Shown here: in pieces, positions 26,877 to 35,146 of the stretch
How positions within the stretch are numbered: position 1 is the stretch's first letter
How the letters are laid out: every line of letters starts with the position of its first letter
Origin: Terriglobia bacterium
GTDB lineage: Bacteria; Acidobacteriota; Terriglobia; Acidiferrales; UBA7541
Assembly (NCBI GenBank): GCA_963823205.1
Contig: CAWGKL010000006.1
Span: forward strand, 3,072-67,071
Direction: 5' to 3'
Length of the DNA: 64,000 nucleotides
Made by a program: the position numbers and the translations under genes
The notes under the pieces: model-generated
The model's input: only the letters and a program-made list of their open reading frames with translations
What the model was told of the DNA's origin: nothing
Database searches by the model: none

Positions 26877-28208
26877 TTAATGATTGTGCGTCTGGATCAC
26901 TCGGAGGATGTCGCTATACATCACAAACGCGAAGAGGCCCAGCAGAAAAACCAGCCCCACCTGCACGAATCGCTCCTTCACCGCGACGCTCAAATCGCGG
27001 CCCATTACGCTTTCGATCGCCAGCATCAGCACGTGGCCGCCATCGAGTATGGGAATGGGGAGAAGATTCAGCACGGCCAGGTCCAGGCTCAGGAAAGCCA
27101 GAAATCCCAGCAAGTTCATGGGGCCGCCCTTGGCAGCCTGCCCCGACAGCTGCACAATGCCCACCGGCCCCGCCAGATCGTGCACCGAAATCTTTCCGGT
27201 CAATAATCCCGCGAGCGTTCCCCAGATTTGCCGCGTTCCGGAAATCACGGCTATCCCGGCATATTTTGTGGAATCTACGATGCTCTGGCGCCGGTAAAAC
27301 TCCGCCGTCTTCGGCGAGACGCCCACGAGCCACGCCATTTGGCCGTCGGGCGTCATGGTATGAATGGGAGTGACGTCCACCGGAATGTCCTTCCCCTCCC
27401 GGCGGACCACAAAATGAATGGGATTCCCCCCGGAGTTGCGCACTTGCTCCACCATCTGCGGCCAGGTGACCACGGGCTTGCCGTTGATCGAGACGATCTG
27501 ATCGCCCGATTGCATCCCCGCCCTATCCGCCGGGGAGCCCAGCGCAACTTCGTCGGCCACGGCTGCGAGCGCCGGATACCCCACCTCCGAATCAAGTGAA
27601 GCCTGCCCCTGCGGAACCTGAATCTTCAATGTCTCCCGCGATCCGCCCCGCAAAACCACCACGGAGAGCGTATCGCCGGGCTTCGCCTTGTTCACCTGCG
27701 TGAGCACGTCTTCCCACGCCGGCGTATTCGCTCCATTCACTGCCACGATGCGGTCGCCCGGCTCGACGCCCGCCGCCCCCGCGGAATTTCCCGGCACGGC
27801 CGCCACAACGGCCGGCTCGCGCAGGTACGCTTCGGTAGGCACGCCGACAAAGGCGTAAATTCCCCAGAACACCGCATAGGCAACCAGGATATTCATGCAC
27901 GGCCCGGCAATGGCGATCAGCAGCCGCTGCCAGCGCGGCCTCGAGAGAAATTCGTCCGGAGCGCCGGTGCGCTGCTCCGAAGGATTGTCCCCCGCCATGC
28001 GCACGTAGCCGCCCAGCGGCAGCGCGCTGACTCGGTAATCGGTGTCGCCGCGCTTCACGCCCCACAGCCGCTTCCCGAAGCCGATGGAAAACACTTCCAC
28101 GCGAACGCCGCACAGCTTCGCGACGACGAAATGCCCCCATTCGTGCAGCAAAATCAGCACGCCCAGAACGGCGGCTCCGGCAACTACGTCCCTCAGCAGA
28201 TTCCCCAT
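26877..28208 (-). CDS. rseP: RIP metalloprotease RseP (site-2 protease, M50) with PDZ domains
   Basis: ILLHEWGHFVVAKLCGV (HExxH), PDZ-like segments, and ...LAVLNLLPIPILDGGH. Confidence 0.93.
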   Translation of the reverse strand: MGNLLRDVVAGAAVLGVLILLHEWGHFVVAKLCGVRVEVFSIGFGKRLWGVKRGDTDYRVSALPLGGYVRMAGDNPSEQRTGAPDEFLSRPRWQRLLIAIAGPCMNILVAYAVFWGIYAFVGVPTEAYLREPAVVAAVPGNSAGAAGVEPGDRIVAVNGANTPAWEDVLTQVNKAKPGDTLSVVVLRGGSRETLKIQVPQGQASLDSEVGYPALAAVADEVALGSPADRAGMQSGDQIVSINGKPVVTWPQMVEQVRNSGGNPIHFVVRREGKDIPVDVTPIHTMTPDGQMAWLVGVSPKTAEFYRRQSIVDSTKYAGIAVISGTRQIWGTLAGLLTGKISVHDLAGPVGIVQLSGQAAKGGPMNLLGFLAFLSLDLAVLNLLPIPILDGGHVLMLAIESVMGRDLSVAVKERFVQVGLVFLLGLFAFVMYSDILRVIQTHNH

Positions 28209-28289
28209 AGCACCTCTGCTTCTATTGTAAGAGAAAATCGCGCTATTTAAAAACGCCCTGCCGGCGCACGGTGCGCAAGGTCAAACGAA

Positions 28290-29465
28290 CTAGCCCTTGT
28301 GCCGCGACACTTCCTCGCGCCCCAGCCGCCGCGCCTCGGCGTCGGCGGCCAGGACGTCGTCCACGGTGCGAAACGCGCCGCGCGGCATGCGCTCGAGCAC
28401 GCGCTCGATCACCTGCGCGATCCCCGGAAACGGCAGCTTCCGCTCCAAAAATGCCGCCACGGCGATTTCGTCCGCCGCATTCAGAGCGCACGGCAGCGCC
28501 CCTCCCTTTCGCAGCGCTTCCCGCGCCAATTCCAGGCACGGAAACTTGCCCGCCGGCACCTCCTCGAAATCGAGCTGCCGCAGCGCGCTCCAATCGAGCG
28601 CGCATCTATTCGATGCCACGCGCTCGGGAAAGGTCAGCGCATACTGGATGGGCATGCGCATGTCCGTGGGGCCCATCTGCGCCACGATCGAGCCATCCAC
28701 GAATTCCACCATGGAATGAATCGTGGACTGCGGATGGATCAGCACGTGGATTTTTTCGAGCTCCATGCCGAAAAGCCACCGCGCCTCGATCACCTCGAAC
28801 CCCTTGTTCATCAGCGTCGCCGAATCCGTCGTGATGCGCCGGCCCATCTTCCAATTGGGGTGCGCGAGCGCCTGCTCGGGCGTCACTTTCGCCAGTTGCG
28901 CCGCCGGCGTCGCGCGAAACGGCCCTCCCGACGCGGTAAGCACCAGCCGCTTCACTTCCCGCCGCTCGCCCGCGCGCAGGCACTGATGGATGGCGTTGTG
29001 CTCGCTGTCCACCGGCAGCAGCGCCACGCCGCGCCGCCGCACCGCGGCCATCACCACTTCTCCCGCCGCCACCAGCACTTCCTTATTCGCCAGCGCGATA
29101 TTTTTTCCGTGCTCGATGGCCTGGTACGTAGCACGCAACCCCACCACTCCCACGGCCGCCGAAACCACCGTCTCCGCCTCGGGAAGCGTGGCCACGCGCT
29201 CGATGCCTTCCGCGCCGAATAGAATTTCCAGCGGCGGCTCCCCGGCGCCCCGATCCGCAAGCACGGCGCACAGCTCGCGGGCCGCGCTCTGCGTAGCCAT
29301 CGAGACGGCGCTGGGCCGGTACTTGAAAACCTGTTCCGCGGCCAGCGCCACGTTCGACCCCGCGGCCAGCCCCACCACCTCGAAGCGGCCCGGCAGCGCC
29401 TCCACAACGCTCAGGCATTGGCGGCCAATCGAGCCGGTCGAACCCAAAATGGAGATGCGTTTCAT
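28290..29465 (-). CDS. dxr: 1-deoxy-D-xylulose 5-phosphate reductoisomerase
   Basis: MKRISILGSTGSIGRQCLSVV...LLPVDSEHNAIHQCL...NWKMGRRITTDSATLMNKGFEVIEA. Confidence 0.95.
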   Translation of the reverse strand: MKRISILGSTGSIGRQCLSVVEALPGRFEVVGLAAGSNVALAAEQVFKYRPSAVSMATQSAARELCAVLADRGAGEPPLEILFGAEGIERVATLPEAETVVSAAVGVVGLRATYQAIEHGKNIALANKEVLVAAGEVVMAAVRRRGVALLPVDSEHNAIHQCLRAGERREVKRLVLTASGGPFRATPAAQLAKVTPEQALAHPNWKMGRRITTDSATLMNKGFEVIEARWLFGMELEKIHVLIHPQSTIHSMVEFVDGSIVAQMGPTDMRMPIQYALTFPERVASNRCALDWSALRQLDFEEVPAGKFPCLELAREALRKGGALPCALNAADEIAVAAFLERKLPFPGIAQVIERVLERMPRGAFRTVDDVLAADAEARRLGREEVSRHKG

Positions 29466-29512
29466 GCGCGACGGATGCTCCGCGCACTTTCGCGCGGCAG
29501 ATGCAATTTTAG

Positions 29513-29578
29513 GTAGTGGGTCAGTTTGAATTTTCTTGATCGTGACACAAAGAGCCAAAATTCAAGCTGACCCACTAT
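29513..29578. repeat. 66-nt palindromic (hairpin) repeat, copy 1
   Basis: GTAGTGGGTCAGTTTGAATTTT-cttgatcgtgacacaaagagcc-AAAATTCAAGCTGACCCACTAT. Confidence 0.85.
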
Positions 29579-29625
29579 CCAATTTTATAGGTGTTCGAGA
29601 AATTTTGCGACCGCTCACATATTCC

Positions 29626-29693
29626 GGTAGTGGGCCAGTTTGAATTTTCTTGATCGTCACGCAAAGAGCCAAATTCAAACGGACCCGCCACCC
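29626..29693. repeat. 66-nt palindromic repeat, copy 2 (its right arm supplies the last codons and stop of cdsA)
   Basis: GGTAGTGGGCCAGTTTGAATTTTCTTGATCGTCACGCAAAGAGCCAAATTCAAACGGACCCGCCACCC. The cdsA stop is at 29675-29677. Confidence 0.85.
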
Positions 29694-30583
29694 ATATTCC
29701 GCATGGCCAGCCACGTGTACGCCGCCCACACCACCGGCGCGGCGAAGATCAGGCTGTCCACGCGGTCGAGCATCCCTCCGTGGCCGGGCAGCAGCGAGCT
29801 CGAATCCTTCACGCCCGCGCCGCGCTTGTACGCCGACTCGACTAAATCTCCCATTTGCCCCGCGATATTCCCCAGCCCGGCGATCACCAGCATGGTGACC
29901 ATGTCCGTCTGCATCCAGTGTGAAAAGAAAACAGCCACCAGCAGCGACCCCACCACGTTCCCCAGCGCCCCCTCCCACGTCTTCTTCGGGCTCAGCGCCG
30001 GCGCCATCGGGATGCTCCCCAGCGACCGCCCGATGAAATAGGCGAACATGTCCCCGGCCCAGACCAGGCACAGCGTGAAGAGCACCAGTTCGCGGCCCAC
30101 GCCCGCGATTTCGCCCATGCGCACGAAATAGCTGAAAGGCAGCGCCACGAAAAGCAGCCCGGCCGCGCCGATCGAAATCGCCGGAAGAATATCGTGCAGA
30201 GGCCGGCGCGTGCCCATGGCGATTCCCGCCGCGCCAAAAACAAAAATCAGAAGCGCGGCTTCGATCGAGACCACGCCCCCCGCGGCATTGCGGACGATGG
30301 ATTCGCCCCCGCCCAGCGTATGTGTCTCCACCAGCCCTAGAGAATATTGCGCGTAGAAAAGCCCGGCGGCGCACACGAGCGTCCATTTGCGGAAGGGCCG
30401 CAGCCCGATGCGCGCGCCCAGGTCCAGAAACTCGGCCAGCGCCACGATGGCGACCCCCGCGGCCGCCGCGGCAAGCAGCGCCGGCGGGCCAAACCACACC
30501 AGCGCCACCACCACGGGAATCATCACCACGGCTGTCAGCACGCGAAGCAGCATGGTGCGGTGCGTGAGTGTGGGAAGGATCAT
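29675..30583 (-). CDS. cdsA: phosphatidate cytidylyltransferase
   Basis: Polytopic protein with ...SPKKTWEGALGNVVGSLL... and GDLVESAYKRGAGVKDSSSLLPGHGGMLDRVDSL. Confidence 0.92.
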   Translation of the reverse strand: MILPTLTHRTMLLRVLTAVVMIPVVVALVWFGPPALLAAAAAGVAIVALAEFLDLGARIGLRPFRKWTLVCAAGLFYAQYSLGLVETHTLGGGESIVRNAAGGVVSIEAALLIFVFGAAGIAMGTRRPLHDILPAISIGAAGLLFVALPFSYFVRMGEIAGVGRELVLFTLCLVWAGDMFAYFIGRSLGSIPMAPALSPKKTWEGALGNVVGSLLVAVFFSHWMQTDMVTMLVIAGLGNIAGQMGDLVESAYKRGAGVKDSSSLLPGHGGMLDRVDSLIFAAPVVWAAYTWLAMRNMGGGSV

Positions 30584-30589
30584 CGCGTA

Positions 30590-31465
30590 TCAGCCGCGTC
30601 CCGCTCTCGCGGCGCCTTTGCCTCCGCCGGCGGCCGCCCCGCGCGCGCCCAGGCCTCCGTAGCGGCGCTCGCGCTTCTGATAATCGAGCAGGGCTTCGAG
30701 CAATCGCGCGCGCGAAAAATCGGGCCACAGCGTCTCGGTGACGAAGATTTCCGCGTAGGCAATCTGCCACAGCAGGAAATTGCTCACGCGCATCTCCCCG
30801 CTCGTGCGAATCAATAAATCCGGATCGGGAAGGCCCGCGGTGTAAAGGTATTCGGAAATCGTCTCCTCGTCGGCCTGGAAATGTGCGCCGCCGTTCGCGC
30901 GCGCCGCGCCGAGCATGGCGTTGAAGGCGTCCACCAACTCCGCCCGCCCGCCGTAGTTGAGCGCCACCACCAGCTTCATCCCCGTGTTGGCCGCGGTGAG
31001 CCGCACGCTCTCCGCCAAGTCCTTCTGCACGGCCTCGGGGAGCTGGCCCGCGCGCCCGATAATGAGCAGGCGGATATTATTCTTGTGGATGGCGGGAAGT
31101 TCGCGCTTCAAATATTCGCGCAGCAGCCGCATCAGGAAATCCACCTCGGTCTCGGGACGCCGCCAGTTTTCCATCGAGAAGGCGTACAGCGTGAGGCAGG
31201 GAATTTTCAACCGCGCGGAGGTCTCTATAATCTCGCGCGCCGCTTTCACTCCGGCGCGGTGCCCGGCCACGCGCGGCAGGTGCCGCCGCTCCGCCCAGCG
31301 CCCGTTGCCGTCCATGATCACGGCCACGTGCCGCGGCAAGCGCTTGGCATCGAGTTTTTCGAGAAGCTCCGCTTCCTCGCGGTCGGCAGGCTTCCTAACA
31401 TCGCGGGTTTTCACCGGAATTCGCTCGAGGACCGTCCGCACGCGAAAGTAGCACACGCGCCGCAA
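30590..31465 (-). CDS. uppS: isoprenyl transferase (undecaprenyl-diphosphate synthase)
   Basis: PRHVAVIMDGNGRWA...LTLYAFSMENWRRP...SGEMRVSNFLLWQIAYAE. The start codon is uncertain. Confidence 0.92.
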   Translation of the reverse strand: MRRVCYFRVRTVLERIPVKTRDVRKPADREEAELLEKLDAKRLPRHVAVIMDGNGRWAERRHLPRVAGHRAGVKAAREIIETSARLKIPCLTLYAFSMENWRRPETEVDFLMRLLREYLKRELPAIHKNNIRLLIIGRAGQLPEAVQKDLAESVRLTAANTGMKLVVALNYGGRAELVDAFNAMLGAARANGGAHFQADEETISEYLYTAGLPDPDLLIRTSGEMRVSNFLLWQIAYAEIFVTETLWPDFSRARLLEALLDYQKRERRYGGLGARGAAAGGGKGAARAGRG

Positions 31466-31600
31466 CCGTGCAAGGCGCGATCCCGCACAGGCTTTAGTAG
31501 CACAGGCACTCTTGCCTGTGTGCCGTTGCTTTTTGCAGTCGTAGCACAGGTTTACCCTGACTAAGGAAGGACACTCTTGCCCGTGTGCCTTTTGCCGATT
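31449..31600. repeat. cluster of GTAGCACA(G/C)G / CACTCTTGCCYGTGTGCC hairpin repeats (REP-like)
   Basis: GTAGCACAxG occurs at about 31449, 31496 and 31540. CACAGGCACTCTTGCCTGTGTG is palindromic and is repeated at about 31571. Confidence 0.7.
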
Positions 31601-31666
31601 CCTCCTCTGTCAGCGCATCTAGCGCCCCCATCCGCCTTCCCTCCTCCCTCATCCCTCATCCCTCTC

Positions 31667-31747
31667 CCCTCGCTTGCCGCGCCGAAGTCCGCCTTTTGGA
31701 CTCCGGATGATTCTGCGGAGCGGATTCATCGCGTAGGCGGGCCCTCA
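31667..31747. repeat. ~80-nt two-hairpin element, copy 1, flanked by CCCTC(A/G)(T/C) heptamer runs
   Basis: CCCCTCGCTTGCCGCGCCGAAGTCCGCCTTTTGGACTCCGGATGATTCTGCGGAGCGGATTCATCGCGTAGGCGGG is identical in its core to 33041-33117. Confidence 0.9.
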
Positions 31748-31773
31748 TCCCTCGCCCCTCGCCCATACCCTCA

Positions 31774-32998
31774 ATGGGGCCTACACTAGTGATAAATTTC
31801 CTCGTGTCAATGCCACGAGAACCATACGTTGCGCAAGCCAAAGGCCCAAATCCGAAATTCCGGGTTACTATCGGGGCGGGAGAGACGAGTCCCGTGGCGG
31901 GAATTTTTATCAGCTACAGACGCGGAGACAGCATCGGCCATACCGGCCGCTTGTTCGATCTGCTCACCAAACACCTCGGCGCGGGGCAGGTGTTTATGGA
32001 CATCAACACGATCGGCCCAGGCGAAGACTACCTGGAGGTGATCAAGAAAACCACCGAATCCTGCGAACGTCCTGCTGGCAGTGATCGGACGTTCCTGGCT
32101 GAATGCCGCGGACGAAAATGGGAATCGCCGGCTGGATGACCCCGGCGATTTTGTACGCCTGGAAATCGGAAACGTGCTGGAAAAGGGAGCCCGCGTGGTC
32201 CCCGTGCTGGTGGATGGCGCGCGCATGCCCGACGCAAAATCTCTTCCGCCGGATTTGAAAAAGCTTGCGCTTCGCAATGCGTGGGAGATCAATGACAAAA
32301 GCTTTCACCAGGACGTGAAGCAGCTCATCGAGGCGCTGCAGAAGATGCAGCCGGCACTGCAGCCGGCGCCATCCCATTCCCTGACGGAGCGATCGCCGCA
32401 AGCGGCGTCTGCCGCGAGCAGTTCCGCCGCGATGGGGTCCGCTGCGGTGGCCGGAGAGCGGGGCGCGCATCCACGGCGCGCCGATAGGATTCGGAAAGGA
32501 ATTTATGTCGGGATTGGCGCGGTTGCACTGTTGGCGCTCGCGCTTGTGGGATTCTTTGCATGGATGAAGTCAACGCCGCCAATGGGATCGAGCAGCGGGA
32601 CTTACGATATTCCATCCTTGCAGGCCGGCGTGGACGGGCCGCTGCTATTTTTTCTGGCCGATCCCAACCGTCCCGTGCCGCCGCTCGGGCAAAGAACCTA
32701 CGCAAATAATTTTCATTCGGCGCTCACCTCCGGGAAGCGCATCTTTTGGCAAGTGGGCTTGAATTTCCAGGGGCAATTCCCGCCGCGCGATTACGAAATC
32801 CAAAGCGTGTGGTACCGCGATTCGAAGGAAATATATCGCGGCACGGGGAACTATAAAGGCTCGGACGTTTCCTCGCGCGCCTTCCACAACCGCTTCGGTT
32901 GGGACCCGCCGGGAGGACGCCTTGACGCGGGACAGTACCGGGTTGATCTGTTTATTGGCGGCCAACAAATTACGTCAGGCGCTTTTGTCGTGCAGTAA
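31774..32998 (+). CDS. TIR-domain protein with one TM helix and a C-terminal extracytoplasmic domain (1 frame disruption near 32066)
   Basis: GIFISYRRGDSIGHTGRLFDLLTKHLGAGQVFMDINTIGPGEDYLEVIKKTTESC is followed, after removal of one A in GAAC 32065-32068, by DVLLAVIGRSWLNAADENGNRRLDDPGDFVRLEIGNVLEKGARVVPVLVDGARMPDAKSLPPDL. The TM helix is IYVGIGAVALLALALVGFFAW, followed by about 150 aa of unknown fold. The start may be 31810. Confidence 0.8.
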
Positions 32999-33040
32999 AC
33001 CAACAGGGCCAAGCCTTCTGCCCTCCGTCCTCGTCCCTCA

Positions 33041-33121
33041 CCCCTCGCTTGCCGCGCCGAAGTCCGCCTTTTGGACTCCGGATGATTCTGCGGAGCGGAT
33101 TCATCGCGTAGGCGGGTCCCT
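33041..33121. repeat. ~80-nt two-hairpin element, copy 2 (direct repeat of 31667-31747)
   Basis: Same core sequence as copy 1, again flanked by CCCTC-rich runs. Confidence 0.9.
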
Positions 33122-33199
33122 CGCCCCCCACCCCTCGCCCCTCGTCCCCCGCCTCGGTGCCTCTTTACCCTGAGTGACTTACCGAAGGGCGTGGCTTTC

Positions 33200-33296
33200 C
33201 TGCTTTTAAGACCACTTAAGGGGCGTTTTCGTGTCATTTTTGTGCATTTTAGGGCGTTTTATGAGCGTCAATTCACGCTCAATTGAAGGGCTTAAA
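33200..33296. repeat. AT-rich block with CCACTTAAGG palindrome and four helically phased T-tracts
   Basis: T-tracts begin at 33226, 33237, 33247 and 33257 (10-11 bp period). The block continues at 34957 once the IS1380 insertion is removed. Confidence 0.75.
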
Positions 33297-34956
33297 CCGG
33301 GATTTCCGATTTGGACTTTCGACTCGCGCATCGTAATACTCCTTCTACCCTCGACGCAAGAAATTTGTGACCGGAGCAGCCCGCCAGCGAGGCTTTCGCG
33401 TTCCGACGGCTCGTTTGTGCCATCTGACGAGTCCTGCTTGCTGTCGCGTAATCAATTTCTAAGACACCGCTCCGCCCCTTCCCCCTTAGCCGCACATTTC
33501 GCGCCCTCAGTCCGAGCACTACCCAGTCGGCACCGGCAACGCCCAGATCCGCTGCAACATCGTCCCGAACCGGCGTCGGGTCAGGTGACTTTCTGCCAGT
33601 AACAGCCAGTAGTACCGTGCGTGTTTCACCAGACGCCCGCCAGTCTTGACGAGGCGTTGCTGCAGGCTGGTCAGCGACCAGGCGTCGATTTTCCTCGGCA
33701 GCACCAGACGGCGCCAAAGGTTGCCCAAGTTGTAGGCCAGCAGGCTCAACTGTAAACGTGCTTCATTGGCCCGGAACCGATGGCACGATAGCCGAGTCCA
33801 ATGTGTCGCCTGCTTGCCTTCCTTGATCCATTGCTCGGTCGTGCCCCGCTTACTATAGAAACGCACGACCGCCCGGCTGGCCAGGCTGAGATTCGTGACG
33901 ATAAAGCCGACTCGCGGAAACAACTCGCCGACGTGGAACTCCACCTTCGCTACCACCCGCCGCGCCGTTTTCCAACTGGCCGCTTGGTAGAGAAAGCCCT
34001 TGTACCGGACCACTGGTTTGTGGCTCGGCCTTCCCACTGGTCGCGTCAGCAACTCCGCAATGTCCCGCTCCAGGTTGTCGTTGGCCGGTATGCGGATGGC
34101 ATACTTCACGCCGCGCTCCTCCATCGCTTCATAGATCTCCGGTTTGGCAAACGCCGCGTCCGCCCGGAAAGCTACTTCCTTGCCCTCCGCCTGTTGGCGC
34201 TCGATCTCTGGCAACAGCAACTCATCCCAGTCTTCGGCGCTGTGCACGTTGCCCGAGCGCAACTTCGCCCCCAAGCAGTCGCCGTGACTGTTGAACAGAA
34301 ATAGCGGGTGGTAACAGACCGACTCGAAGTGCCCGTTGTAGGCGCTGCCCTCCTGCTCACCGTGAACCGGACTCTCACTGAAATCCATGTCGAGCACGAC
34401 GCGGTCGGAGCCATCAAAAGACTCGGCTTGCCCCAACGTCTCCCGGTTCAACGCCATCAGCCCGATCAGATTCTCTTCCCTGGTCAGCAGCTCGGTCTCG
34501 AACCAATGCAAGGTCGAGGTCAGCGCCGCGCCCCGGTCCCAGATTCTCTGCGAGCTGATCAATCGAAACGTCGGATCGGCTGCCAGTCGTTCGGCGTCGT
34601 TGAGGTCTTCGTAGCCTGCCAAGCGGCTGTAGACCGACTGCCGCAGTAAATCGGCCAGCGTGAACTGCTTGTTCAAGCCTTGTCGCGAGTCGCTCAAGTG
34701 TTTCTCGATGAGCTTCTCCAGACCCAGCCGCTCATCCAACTCGCGAACCAAAATCAGGCCGCCATCGGAAGTCACCCGCGATCCCTGGAAATCGATCTTC
34801 AAAGAAGCATTGAACAAGAGCTGAAATGGCTGATTTTGTTTCTCACCCACTGGGTATGCACCTCCAAGCCGTCCTTACCGCGTCCAAACCCGCATAAATA
34901 CAGATGCCGCCGAACATCCGAAGGTTCGTAAGAAAAGTTCAAATTGGAAATCCGGG
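33297..34956 (-). mobile_element. complete IS1380-family insertion sequence (1660 bp) with 5-bp target duplication TTAAA
   Basis: Imperfect terminal inverted repeats are CCGGGATTTCCGATTTGGA (33297-) and CCCGGATTTCCAATTTGAA (complement of -34956). TTAAA is present at 33292-33296 and 34957-34961. Confidence 0.85.
33519..34850 (-). CDS. IS1380-family DDE transposase
   Basis: 443 aa: ...VTSDGGLILVRELDERLGL...VVLDMDFSESPVHGEQEGSAYNGHFESVCYHPLFLF...AFRADAAFAKPEIYEAMEERGVKYAIRIPAN...RFYSKRGTTEQWIKEGK... Confidence 0.9.
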   Translation of the reverse strand: MGEKQNQPFQLLFNASLKIDFQGSRVTSDGGLILVRELDERLGLEKLIEKHLSDSRQGLNKQFTLADLLRQSVYSRLAGYEDLNDAERLAADPTFRLISSQRIWDRGAALTSTLHWFETELLTREENLIGLMALNRETLGQAESFDGSDRVVLDMDFSESPVHGEQEGSAYNGHFESVCYHPLFLFNSHGDCLGAKLRSGNVHSAEDWDELLLPEIERQQAEGKEVAFRADAAFAKPEIYEAMEERGVKYAIRIPANDNLERDIAELLTRPVGRPSHKPVVRYKGFLYQAASWKTARRVVAKVEFHVGELFPRVGFIVTNLSLASRAVVRFYSKRGTTEQWIKEGKQATHWTRLSCHRFRANEARLQLSLLAYNLGNLWRRLVLPRKIDAWSLTSLQQRLVKTGGRLVKHARYYWLLLAESHLTRRRFGTMLQRIWALPVPTG

Positions 34957-35146
34957 TTAAATTACTCGAAGTGTTAGGGAATTCCACGCTGATAATTACT
35001 CGAAGTTCTACACAAATTTTCGAGGAATTCATGTTTGATTAAAACCCCAATTATTCGAAGACTTTGTCAGCATCTTTACTTCAATCATTCGGCCGATTTT
35101 GTCAGCATTTTTACTCGAATGATTCGAGCTTTTCGGGCGGGACAAA
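34957..35146. repeat. AT-rich block of degenerate ~34-35-bp repeats containing TTACTCGAA motifs and the palindrome CTCGAATGATTCGAG
   Basis: TTACTCGAA-like motifs occur at 34962, 34996, 35051, 35076 and 35111. TTTGTCAGCAT...TTACT(T/C).AAT.ATTCG is repeated with a 35-bp period. A perfect CTCGAA-TGA-TTCGAG is at 35114-35128, 19 nt from the NRAMP stop codon. Confidence 0.8.

Noticed and set aside
31720-31734. Shared 11-mer GGATTCATCGC between the 80-nt TIR-flanking element and the 170-bp structured repeat (47716-47726)
   Set aside because: It is only 11 nt with no extended alignment on either side. It could be chance among hairpin-rich repeats, so it was not used to link the two families.
31774-32998. 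Calling the TIR gene a Thoeris ThsB
   Set aside because: No ThsA-type (SIR2/Macro-SLOG) gene or any other partner is nearby, and the protein has a TM helix and an extra C-terminal domain. Only the generic TIR assignment is supported.
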